This document shows, piece after piece, positions 9,201 through 17,800 of a DNA stretch of 28,253 bases. Made by a program: the position numbers and the translations under genes. This DNA is from a virus. Its lineage: Duplodnaviria; Heunggongvirae; Uroviricota; Caudoviricetes. The notes under the pieces were generated by a model, which was not told where the DNA came from, made no database searches, and worked only from the letters and a program-made list of their open reading frames with translations. Location of the stretch: the IMG/VR virus record IMGVR_UViG_3300027608_000017, one strand, 5' to 3'. Every line of letters begins with the position of its first letter. Position 1 is the first letter of the stretch.

Positions 9201-12200
9201 CCTTCAGAACGGGCTGCTTCCGGTGAGTGATGTTGCGGTAGATGCCGTAGTTCGGCGCGTCGTCAGTGCCGTAGTTCTTGACCGAGTGTGCCCGTGCGAC
9301 TTCCGCCATCGGGATCATCGCTTCGGCTTGCTCTGGTGTGTCGAACGTCGCGATCTGCCGCTGTCGTCCGCCACCAGTGCCATCGTGGATGACCGCGTAC
9401 TTACCGTCCTTCGTCACGTTGACCGAGTAGCCCTTGCGCCAGGCGGGCTGGTCGCTTTTCTTCTTGCCGCTGGCTCCTTCGCCAACACCGGTCCACTTCT
9501 GGTCCTTCCGCGCCCCAGCCAGCTTCTCACCGAAGTCCGCGAGCCGCGACACAGTGGCGTTCTGCTCGTCTTGCGGCAGGCTCTCGGCCTCACCTTTGTC
9601 GGACGCCCCTTCGTAGCCCGGCTGATCGCCAGCCGGTGCCCTGATCGGTGCCTCGGCGGCCACGGGTGGCTTGGCGGGAGGTTCGGGTTTGTCGTCGCTC
9701 GGCCCGTAGCCCGCTGGCGTGACATCCGTGACCGACGCCCCCTTGAATCCCTTGGCTTCCATCTTCGCGACGAGGCTGGCGATGTGCTTGGCGCGGGCCT
9801 CCCCTTCTAGCCACGTCGCGTTCGATGCGGCCTTCGGTTCTTCCTTGGCAGGAGCCTCAGCCGGTGCGTCGGCGATCGACTCCAGCGGCGTCGCGTCCCC
9901 TTCCCTCTGTGGCTCATGCCCGCGTTCCCGAATCGCCTCTTCCGCCATCCGTCGAGCTTCCTTCGGATCGGGATCCGAGCGAGTGACATCCGTCCCGTCC
10001 GGCAGTGTTGCCAAGGCGTACCAGCGGTTTTTCTGCCCGTAGTTCTCCAGCGTGATCGGGATGCCGCCCGGTTTCGTTTGTTGCGGTTGCGGCGTCTCTT
10101 CGACGGTCTCCGCAGCGGCCTCTTGCGACTCGTTCTTCGGTGCGAACTCGCCCGGCTTGTACTGGTCGTGCGCCGTCTTCACCCGCACCACCTTCGACTC
10201 GTCCCACCCGAAACTCTTCTGCGACTTCACGGGCGCAACTGGCTGGTCTGCGTAGCCACCCTTGGCGTCAGCTTCAGACTCGAACGCGAACCCGACCTGA
10301 CCTTTGGAGGGCTTGATGCGGCTGAACTCGTGCGTCGCCAAGAGCCGCTTGCGCATGGTCTCGGTGGCCTTCTTGAGGTATCCGCTGACGGCCTGACGCG
10401 AGATGCCCCGCTCGTCCGCGTAGTCCGAAGCCGACTGGCCGTTGACGTGAACCCCCACGAAGGCATCTCGCTCACTGGGGGGCAGCGTCATCAGTGCCCG
10501 GTGGATGTGCTGATGCTGGCCCTCGGAGAGCTTGATGCTCTGCCGGTGCGTGTCCTTGAGGTTCGCGGCCATCGTGCTGCCGTCATCCCCGGCGATGTCG
10601 ATGCTCACCGTCTTGGCGCGCGCATTCCGTCGCGCCGACTTCTGGTGCTTGCTGTGCGCGACGTTGGTCGCCACCACATGCAGCCATGTCGAGAACTTCG
10701 CCTTGGCGGGATCGAAGCTGTCGCGGTTCTTCCAGACGCGGGTTTGCACGTCGGCAATGAAGTCGTCGAGATCAGAGTCCCGGTAGCCGAAATTCCGGCC
10801 AATGTGAGCGATCAGGCCGGACGACTTCACGAGTTGGTCGCCGACATCGCCAGCGGATGCCTCGCCCTGCACCGGAGCGGGGGCTTCCGGCTTGGGATCA
10901 CTCTTCGTCGGTGACGGTGCGGCGTGAGTCGCCTTCGGGGCGAACTCTCCGGGCTTCTTGCCGTCGTGGGCGGACGTTTCCCGCTCGATCGACTCTTCGT
11001 CGAACATCGACTTCTGATTCCGAGCGGGTTTGACGCGGGTGAATTCCAACACCACCGCCATCGCGTCGAGTTCCGCGCGCGAGAACGCCTGCACGCCTTG
11101 GGACCGCAGATGAGCCAGCCCCTGCGCGAGAGCCTCTTGGTCCGCCCCCTTGTGGTCGATGTGCAAAAAGTTGTCGTAGAGATTGACCTTCGCCCCGGAT
11201 TGCTTCAGGGACTCCACTGCGGCCCGGTGACGCTTCTGCACGCCCGTGAGTCGCACGGCACGCGGACCCACCGAATTGATGACATCCCGCTCGTGGCTCC
11301 CGGTCGTCGGCTGAATGCTGGGACCGTCGTACTGGCTGGCCACGGCCGCAATATGCTTGTGGTGCTTTGGATCGACCTGGCTCGTGTGCCGCGACAGGAT
11401 CGACGCCATCTCGCGGAAGTGATCGTCGGAGGGGTCTTCGTACTGGCTCAGTTGCACGCCACGCAGCCGATCCGCATTGAGGAAGCCGCGACCGAGCTTT
11501 TGATTGCGAGGATCACGGTCCTCGTGCGCCAGCGACCTGATGTGATGCGCGAGAACCTGCTTCTGGACATACTGGAGCGGCGTCGCCTCGGGCCGGGCTG
11601 GCGGTTTAGGGGCGGACTCCGCACCCATGTCAGGGAACGACTGTTGCCGCATCGCGCCATCCGAGAACTGCATCGCCAGCAGGAAGTTGGCCGCTTCCGT
11701 GAACTCACGGCTGAAGTGGGTCGCCCCTTCGTCGCTGTTCTGCATCCGGGCACGCAATTCGGCGGCGGCTCGCTTCTGGCCGTGCTGCTCCAGCGTGGAG
11801 ATCACCGAGGATGCCTGTGCGGCGGGAACCCGCTTCCCGGCCATGATCGCGTCCGACCACTGCTTGACCTGCTGCAACTTCTCCGGCGAGGCCGGTGCCT
11901 TCCTGAATCGGTTTGTGACAGACTGCGCGGCACGACCTACCGCATCCCCAACGGGCGCGAGCGTCCTGTCGATGGCATTGAATCCCGGCTCCAGCCGCTT
12001 GCCAACGGCGTCGGCCTTGTCCAGAAACTTGTTGCCGTACTCGTCGAACTTCTGGAAGAAGTTACCCAGCCCGCCCTCCAGATGCTCTTTCAGCTTCCCT
12101 TGCTTGGCGGCATCGAGCATCGCGGCAAAACGCTCGCGCGTCGTCGGCTTGGCGGCAGACTGCGGGTTGGACTGGTGGTAATTGCCATAGGCTTGGTCGA

Positions 12201-14220
12201 TACGTTTCCACACTTCCTCCTTGGGTATCCCCTCTTCCATCGCCCCGGCGTGTTCGAGATACTCCTTGCTGTCAGGGTGATTCAAGAACGCATTGATGGC
12301 GCTCTTTCGGGCAGCGTCGCTAAACATGCCCTTGGCGACATGAGGGCCAATCGGAGCAGACGGCGCGGACTGGTCGCCAACTGAGCCGGGCGGCGCGGTA
12401 TTTCTACCGCCGTGTTGGGTTAGCTTGGTTGCGAACAAGCCTTGATCTCGCAACTGGTCTCGCGCGTGTTCTTCATGGTCGGCGTAAATGTGCCCATTGG
12501 TTTCGAGTCCAGTGTTATCCATCGCCTCGTATTTGTAGCCGGGCTGTTTCCGTGTCGGTGGTCCCGTCTTCGCGGCCGCCCCGTAGCCCTGCGCTGTCGC
12601 TCCGTTCATGCTGCCGGAGAGAGTGCCGCTGCCGAACTCGTCGCGCATGCGATCTACTTCCGATGAAGCTGGCGCGGGCGAGGACGCTGCTGCCTTCAAC
12701 TCCGTGGCTTCAAACTTGCCGCGTCGCTCCCGTGGCTGACGAACTGCCGCCTGCTGTTGGCGCTGGCCAAGATTCCCCAAGGCGTGCATCACGTTGCCGA
12801 ACGTCGGCTGAACGAGGCCGCGCTGTTTCGATTGCCGCTGTGATTGATTCGAGGCGGGAGCCTTCGCCTGCATGTAGGGCTTGCCGTGGAAGTCCGCATA
12901 GGCGTCGAGCAGCCGCGCGTGTTGCTCCTCGGTCGAGGTCGCGTCGTTCACGCCGTGGTGTTCGATGTGCTTCTGTGCGTCGGGATGAACCGCAAACCGC
13001 CGGAGCCGATTCGGCTCAACGAGTGGCGAATACGCATCGACTGGCTTGCTCGCGCTCTTCTCGGCTGCGGTTGGCTTTGCCGATGCAATCCCGAGATACC
13101 TTGCCATGTCCGCAGGCGGCGACTCCTCTCCGGACAGCCATCTCGCCATTTGGTCGCGATGCACCGTGTTCTTGACACCCGTCTCGCGGGTGTCATCGGG
13201 TGACGATTCAATTTTCTGGCGAAACCCGTCGCGTTCTTCCTCCCTCTCGTCATCACTAAGTGAAGGGAAGTAGCCATCAGGCCGCTTCACGCCGGGCATC
13301 CTCCCTGTTGTCGGGTGGTCGCCAAGAAACTCCCGTGCATAGCGTCGATATTCGGCTGGCAGTAAAAAACCCTTGCGAGGCACCTCGCCATCCGCGACCG
13401 TGACCGGCTGCGTCGCTGGTGACACCGCCACTGGCGAGGATGGTGTCTGAGCTTGCGGCTGGGCGGAACTGGAGGCCATTCGCCGAGGGTCACGCCGTCC
13501 AGTAGCTGCCCGCGATGCCATCGCCTGCGACGGCAACACCGCCGCTTGAGTCGGCAAGGAGGGATGCGTGGCGTCAGGCGAGGCCGCTGGCGGTGTCGCA
13601 GCAGCGGCTGGTACGGCAGCTTGACTTGCGTGATGCGCCATGAAGGCCGCTTCCGCCCGCTTGTTCCATTCCTTCTTGTCGATCGAGGGGTCGTTGGCTC
13701 CGTGAGCCTGCATCAGCGACGCCGCTGCGGGGTGCGTGGCAAACGCGGCAATCGCCTTCCTGCGTTGCTCGGGCTGGCCATGCGAAACGAACCCCGGCAC
13801 CGGCACGTTCGCTGCCATCTTCGCGTTCTCGTCCACCCCGGCCTGAACCGAAGCGGCGGCATTTACCGCAGATTGTGCCGCCTTCTGGGCCTCATGCGCC
13901 TTGAGGTGTGCGCCGATTTGATCGGCGGCCTGACCGAACTGCGGGCGTTTCACCGGATGCGACTGCTGCGAAAGAATTATCTGCGCCGCCCTCATGGCGT
14001 GAATGTCGCCATCGAAAGCCTTGCCGATGTCGCCGCTGTGCGATGCGATCTGGTCAACGTGCGATTGCGCGTGCGGGATGCCGCCCCTAAACGGCGCTGC
14101 CACGGGGGCTGCTGCGGCAGCCGCCGGAGTCTTGGCGACCTGCTCTCCCGGCAAAGCAAACTCAATCGGATACGAAAATAGCGCACGCGCGGCAGCGCGA
14201 TCTTCAGGCGACAGATTCAT
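6250..14220 (-). CDS. Giant polyvalent protein B (2656 aa): 3 helical repeats, PilC/GspF-N-like motif, ECF sigma factor, LPD5-like region, HExxH peptidase, LPD1-like region, ART-PolyVal
   Basis: Uninterrupted 8-kb ORF with recognisable motifs: DFGEKLAGARKD, FRGVTFGNW, SLAHEWMHALD, ELAARAFESY, VYHG...FFT...GYDGI. Confidence 0.9.
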   Translation of the reverse strand: MNLSPEDRAAARALFSYPIEFALPGEQVAKTPAAAAAAPVAAPFRGGIPHAQSHVDQIASHSGDIGKAFDGDIHAMRAAQIILSQQSHPVKRPQFGQAADQIGAHLKAHEAQKAAQSAVNAAASVQAGVDENAKMAANVPVPGFVSHGQPEQRRKAIAAFATHPAAASLMQAHGANDPSIDKKEWNKRAEAAFMAHHASQAAVPAAAATPPAASPDATHPSLPTQAAVLPSQAMASRAATGRRDPRRMASSSAQPQAQTPSSPVAVSPATQPVTVADGEVPRKGFLLPAEYRRYAREFLGDHPTTGRMPGVKRPDGYFPSLSDDEREEERDGFRQKIESSPDDTRETGVKNTVHRDQMARWLSGEESPPADMARYLGIASAKPTAAEKSASKPVDAYSPLVEPNRLRRFAVHPDAQKHIEHHGVNDATSTEEQHARLLDAYADFHGKPYMQAKAPASNQSQRQSKQRGLVQPTFGNVMHALGNLGQRQQQAAVRQPRERRGKFEATELKAAASSPAPASSEVDRMRDEFGSGTLSGSMNGATAQGYGAAAKTGPPTRKQPGYKYEAMDNTGLETNGHIYADHEEHARDQLRDQGLFATKLTQHGGRNTAPPGSVGDQSAPSAPIGPHVAKGMFSDAARKSAINAFLNHPDSKEYLEHAGAMEEGIPKEEVWKRIDQAYGNYHQSNPQSAAKPTTRERFAAMLDAAKQGKLKEHLEGGLGNFFQKFDEYGNKFLDKADAVGKRLEPGFNAIDRTLAPVGDAVGRAAQSVTNRFRKAPASPEKLQQVKQWSDAIMAGKRVPAAQASSVISTLEQHGQKRAAAELRARMQNSDEGATHFSREFTEAANFLLAMQFSDGAMRQQSFPDMGAESAPKPPARPEATPLQYVQKQVLAHHIRSLAHEDRDPRNQKLGRGFLNADRLRGVQLSQYEDPSDDHFREMASILSRHTSQVDPKHHKHIAAVASQYDGPSIQPTTGSHERDVINSVGPRAVRLTGVQKRHRAAVESLKQSGAKVNLYDNFLHIDHKGADQEALAQGLAHLRSQGVQAFSRAELDAMAVVLEFTRVKPARNQKSMFDEESIERETSAHDGKKPGEFAPKATHAAPSPTKSDPKPEAPAPVQGEASAGDVGDQLVKSSGLIAHIGRNFGYRDSDLDDFIADVQTRVWKNRDSFDPAKAKFSTWLHVVATNVAHSKHQKSARRNARAKTVSIDIAGDDGSTMAANLKDTHRQSIKLSEGQHQHIHRALMTLPPSERDAFVGVHVNGQSASDYADERGISRQAVSGYLKKATETMRKRLLATHEFSRIKPSKGQVGFAFESEADAKGGYADQPVAPVKSQKSFGWDESKVVRVKTAHDQYKPGEFAPKNESQEAAAETVEETPQPQQTKPGGIPITLENYGQKNRWYALATLPDGTDVTRSDPDPKEARRMAEEAIRERGHEPQREGDATPLESIADAPAEAPAKEEPKAASNATWLEGEARAKHIASLVAKMEAKGFKGASVTDVTPAGYGPSDDKPEPPAKPPVAAEAPIRAPAGDQPGYEGASDKGEAESLPQDEQNATVSRLADFGEKLAGARKDQKWTGVGEGASGKKKSDQPAWRKGYSVNVTKDGKYAVIHDGTGGGRQRQIATFDTPEQAEAMIPMAEVARAHSVKNYGTDDAPNYGIYRNITHRKQPVLKDGFASKDEAMKYMAFNAKSLIETKTALTDSIHPRLEEIVREGQTHRLGGKDADVSDFQKFGFRGVTFGNWNNSPERQHILNHAYDSLTDMADILGVPAKSLSLDGDLGLGFGSHGKGLTGARAHYNRKGVVINLTKMHGAGSLAHEWMHALDHWVGRLNGKASSDWTAGEDGAATVKTGGAAEDDYASSGLRAYGSKAGFRKEVAEAMTQVMSAIKTRPMKYKEDASSHEKYHTQNLETIQRKLDEFRRQMAFDYSKTTGYQHYKGKRGLPASDEVLKQVDELSAKILAGEGGEMIRHGQSSADTPANSRSLKWGHSMAANVAKLSDLHKALRGNKGYSATDGKLSGLVAEIESARTSHATSKGRLADAAEQKEKTKSVRSEFLSEAEKMDRGTKADYWAKDHELAARAFESYIYDKIKGNKGRDDFLAYEKHNDLPEYRMFGVKPYPEASGDERKSINAAFDNLFGVLSSHELSGSRESTKRPEVRSLRKDDGTWGGHWGSKGATEAQLASLKRKIGSREGVVHINKKGSSAVFYTVNSNWPLDKLHAHISEKPGKAFKVTGDDTTSFSRALFAALRTLLPGVEFARNEAVVPAGSAPVMPQPAPQPAPAAPATPAPTKKPRQSRVKLPDISPPQVHYTQAPEFKSWHHGSQVINEDGTPKMVYHGARRADRISGSGKFDPKRATSGPMAFFTDDPEIAKGYATGKQDTSMEMPDNYAQHFKLPVQGYRQPMDIDRAWHSMPHEQRAKIAALAPRISTDDETGENFEVRPEGHLRGNGGYDHAIKEHRGNALKALVDSWLDSGSLYGQEHRFLDVLKHAGVEGAQHHDPHAEYPAIFPMHLSIKNPLHTTAIPDEVHAAIAQAAKRQRGKKGSGADQWDKRHVSGKDFMSRLADDRANNTTHAWTSIPDWVTQTLQQHGYDGIRDNGGKYNQREHSVWIPFQPHQVKSPFNKTFDPAKQKFNFSRDLATAHEFLFGVKVAVS
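6300..7310 (-). other. ART-PolyVal-like ADP-ribosyltransferase domain with an insertion (protein B C-terminus)
   Basis: TQAPEFKSWHHGSQVINEDGTPKMVYHG...MAFFTDDPEIAKGYA...HLSIKNPL...HGYDGI...FQPHQVKS. Confidence 0.75.
7795..9545 (-). other. LPD5-like / zincin HExxH / LPD1-like module
   Basis: DFGEKLAGARKD at ~9500-9545, HEWMH at 8755-8769, YWAKDHELAARAFESY...ERKSINAAFDNLF at ~7800-8010. Family numbers are recalled, not searched. Confidence 0.65.
10345..10848 (-). other. ECF-type sigma-70 domain (regions 2 and 4) inside protein B
   Basis: Region 2: DDFIADVQTRVWKNRDSFDPAKAKFSTWLHVVATN. Region 4: ALMTLPPSERDAFVGVHVNGQSASDYADERGISRQAVSGYLKKATETMRKRL. Confidence 0.8.
12421..12540 (-). other. PilC/GspF N-terminal-like motif inside protein B
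   Basis: GYKYEAMDNTGLETNGHIYADHEEHARDQLRDQGLFATKL. Confidence 0.65.
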
Positions 14221-14264
14221 GCTCGGCCCCGAATCCAGTGGAAATGTCTTGACGATTCCGCCAG

Positions 14265-14292
14265 ATCATACCACGCACGGGGCGGCAAACAA
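14265..14292 (-). promoter_or_regulatory. Candidate sigma70 promoter for protein B (extended -10 TGGTATGAT, weak -35 TTGTTT)
   Basis: Lies in the 88-bp gap upstream of ATG 14220. Confidence 0.45.
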
Positions 14293-14308
14293 TTCGAGGT
14301 TTTCCAGA

Positions 14309-14533
14309 TCAGTCGCCGTCGAACGGATAGAACACGACGCCGCCATAGCCGCTGTCTGGCTCACCCGCACCGCACTCAGGGCAGGTCTCCCACGAAAACG
14401 ACAGGTGGTCTCGGATGGAGTATTTGATGTGCGTCAGTTCAGATTCATTCGCCAGAACAACGGCCCCGCACGAAACGCAATCGCCGCTCCACGCCTCGCC
14501 CGTTTCCGGTTGTCCTTCTCGCAACACTCGCAT
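14309..14533 (-). CDS. Small Zn-ribbon protein
   Basis: CVSC...CPEC. AAGGAAAGG RBS before ATG 14533. Confidence 0.7.
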   Translation of the reverse strand: MRVLREGQPETGEAWSGDCVSCGAVVLANESELTHIKYSIRDHLSFSWETCPECGAGEPDSGYGGVVFYPFDGD

Positions 14534-14550
14534 CCGCCAAACACCTTTCC

Positions 14551-14826
14551 TTAATCGCCGTCGCCGGACTTCCAATCGTCCGTCTCGTGCTGCTCAAACC
14601 GCTGGAGTGCGTCTGCCAGCTCGGCCAAGTAGCCTCCGGGGGCACGGTCCAAGACCTGCAACGCGATCTGAATCCGGTCCACAATCGGGACTTTTTGCCA
14701 GCACTTCTGGCAGATTTCCACGCCCGCCGCGCCGCAGTGACTGGATTGGTTCAGCGGCTGCTGACAGGACCAGCACGCGGGGTCTCCGTGCGGATTCTGC
14801 GGCGGCGGCTTGCGGTGGTGAAACAT
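14551..14826 (-). CDS. Small Zn-finger-like protein
   Basis: CWSC...CQKC followed by a helical tail. Confidence 0.6.
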   Translation of the reverse strand: MFHHRKPPPQNPHGDPACWSCQQPLNQSSHCGAAGVEICQKCWQKVPIVDRIQIALQVLDRAPGGYLAELADALQRFEQHETDDWKSGDGD

Positions 14827-14856
14827 GGTGTGATCGTATGGCGGCGAGAACCGAAG

Positions 14857-17800
14857 TCAATCCCTCGCCGCCGCATCGGCGAGCATCAACTCAAATGCCT
14901 CGATCTCGTCCCGAGAAAACTCCCTCGGCGTCTTCGGCTTCCGAAAGAACGAGGCCACCTTCGAGATAAGCGAAGAGGTCTTCGACGGCGCTGGCGGCTG
15001 GGGTGTCGCTGGCTTCGGCAGTGACGGACTGGGCGGGGACGGCTTGAAGGTCAGCTTGCCGGGGTCGTATCCGTCCAGTCTTTCGGCGGGCCTGCCGGTG
15101 GTGGTGCCCGGCGCGAGTTCCGATTTGCGGCCCTGAAAACTGCGCTCGATGTAGTGTTCGCCCTTGAACCCGCGCCGCAACGACGCCGCGCGAGGAATGT
15201 AGTCCGTCGCGCCGGTCCCGGCCAACGAGAACGGGTACTGATGAGCGACCTTGCTTCCGCGCACGCGGAGCCGATCCCACACGAATCCGCCCTTGCTCGG
15301 GGCCGCTTCCATCCCCTCATAGACCGACTTTGGCGTCCCGATGTACCGATAGACCGGGCCGCTGCCGCCCTCCTTGTTCTTGTACCGGACGATCATGTTG
15401 CCTTGACCTTCGTTGCCCTGTTTTTCCCACGAATAACTGTGGACGTTACTCGATTCGACCGGGACTTCCGGCGACCACTTCGACTCGTGGACCTGCTCCG
15501 GCTCGTCTCCCGCCGGGGCCGAGGAAGGCGGCGTCTGTGGCGTCGGCGGTGTCGGCTTCTTGCGGAACCAGTCCATCAACCCGAACTCGACCGGCGCAAA
15601 GTCGGCGAGATCGCGGGAGAACTCTTCCGAATCGGCCGCGAACTCCACCGGGCCGATGCTGTCGAGCGAGCGCGAGAACTCGGCGGGCTTGATCGCGTCG
15701 CGAACCTGCTCGTCGGTGAACGTCTCGTACTTGCCGTCGGCGTTCTTCTTGACCCAGCCGTCGCCTGCCTTGACCTTCTTGCCCTCGGCGGTGCGTCCGT
15801 CGAATTTGTTGCCGAAGTAGCCGTGCTGACGGGCCTCGGCGGGGCTGATGAGCGGAGCCGGAACGAGCGCGGCGAGCATGTCCGAGTATTTCTTCAGTCG
15901 CGGAATGAACCCTCCTTTGTCCTGCTTGTGCGTATCGTTCATCAGCTCCGAGAGCAGTTCCTGAACGTAGTGCGAACCGGGGACGAGCTTTTCGTGGGCC
16001 TTGTATATCCGTGGCTTGCCGCTCGCCCATCTGTCGGCTCGATTGTGGAGTTCGTTCTTCTCCCATTCAATGTCGTCGGCGGATCGCCGAGACCCGTAAT
16101 GCGACTTTTTCCATTCCTCATCCGTGATCGCCGCATCTCGTTCGATAATAGGCTTCCATGCTGCTTCCATGCTGCTGTGGACCTCTGGCTCAAGTCGATC
16201 CTTCAGCTTCGCGATCCCCTCCTTGCCGATCTTCTCCGCAAGACGCAGCCACTCATCGAGAATCGGTGTGGCCCCCTCGTATCGAGGCTCGGCCTTCAGG
16301 TCGAGCAACCGCCCCAGTGGCCCGCTGGCGATCTCGTTCCACTGCCGCTGTTCTTCCCGTCGCTCCTTCTCGGCGGCGATCTCATCGGGGGTCATCTCCA
16401 CCCGCTTCTCGCGCTGGCGTCCGTTCTCGTTCGGCTTCGGTGGCGTGAACAAGTCGCCCTTGGACTTCTCCCGCTTCGGTTTGAGCTTCTTGGCCGCTTG
16501 GCTGTCGATGCCGTGGATCGGCATGAACCTGCCGCCGATGTAGAACACGCCGTTGACTTCGGAGACCTTGCCACCGATCGGTGCGCGGAGCTGCCAGTCG
16601 CCGTTCTTGAGACGGCGCACTTCCCCGCCGCCGTGCTTGGCTGACAGGGCTTTGGCTTCCTCGTGATGCTCGGGCGGCACGTCCGATTCCTGCACGTCGA
16701 AGAGTTGGTCTTGCTTCGTGGCGACGTTCTCACCGGGTGCGTCGTCGAGGTGTGATTCGACCGGGGACTCGAAGTCGAACGCGACCTGCCCCTTGGCGGG
16801 CTTACGGGCGAACTCGACGGGACCGAACTCTTCGGAATCTCCGAATAGTTCAACCGGCCCAAAGTCGTCTTCGCGAGAGAACGACTGCGGCTTCTCTGCC
16901 TTCTTCGACTCCGGAAGCGACCGCAGGATCTCGTCCACTTCGCCGATCAGCTTGCGGGCCTCTTCGGCATTCCGCTTCGTCCATGCCGTGATCGCGGCGT
17001 CCTTCGAGGCGTCATAGTGGGCCGTGCTGTCCTTGTAGCCGCGCGTCGCGTCGATGTAGTTCCGGCTCACGATCTTCTTGCCCGCGTGCGTCACCGGCGC
17101 ACCCGACGAGTTGTAGAGCAGCTTCTTCAACTGCCCGTAGACCGTGTTGATCTTGGCAGCGGCGGACTCGAACGCCTTGCGCTGCGCTGCCGTGATTTCG
17201 TTGTGGTTCTTCACGCCCGACTCGGCCATGATCTTCCAGAACGGTGCGCTGGAGCCGAGGTGCGTGTGGTGCTGGCCGTGCTTGTCGGTGTCGCCGAACC
17301 GATGCCCCAGCGTGTCGAACGTCTCCCACACATTGGAGAGGAAGTCGCGATTCGCGGCCCAGACCGCCTTCTTGGCGAGGCGTTCCCCGGAATCTCCTTC
17401 CCCGAACTTCGTGACGCATTCCGAGCCGACGCCCATCGTCCACTTCTCGGCATCGTTCTGGATGTAGTAGATGTTTTTGATGTCGTGCCCACACAGTCCG
17501 CAGCAGGCGGATTGAGGGCCACCGTCCCAGACCACGGGAACCGGCTTGTAGCCCGATGGCATCTCGAATTCGGGGACGGTGACGCCCTCGCCTTTGTCGC
17601 CTTCGACTTCCTTCATTCCCTTGACCGCCACGGCGGACCAGCCCTGTGGAGCCGTTCCGGTGTAGAGGTACGTCGCATGAACCATCTCGTCGTGACTCAG
17701 GCCTTTGTCGCCCGACTTGTTGGCCGACGCCTTGGCAATGGCCTCGCGCTTCGTCAGCCCCGCCGGGCCAGCTTGCGGTTTCTCTTCTGGCTTTCCGTCA

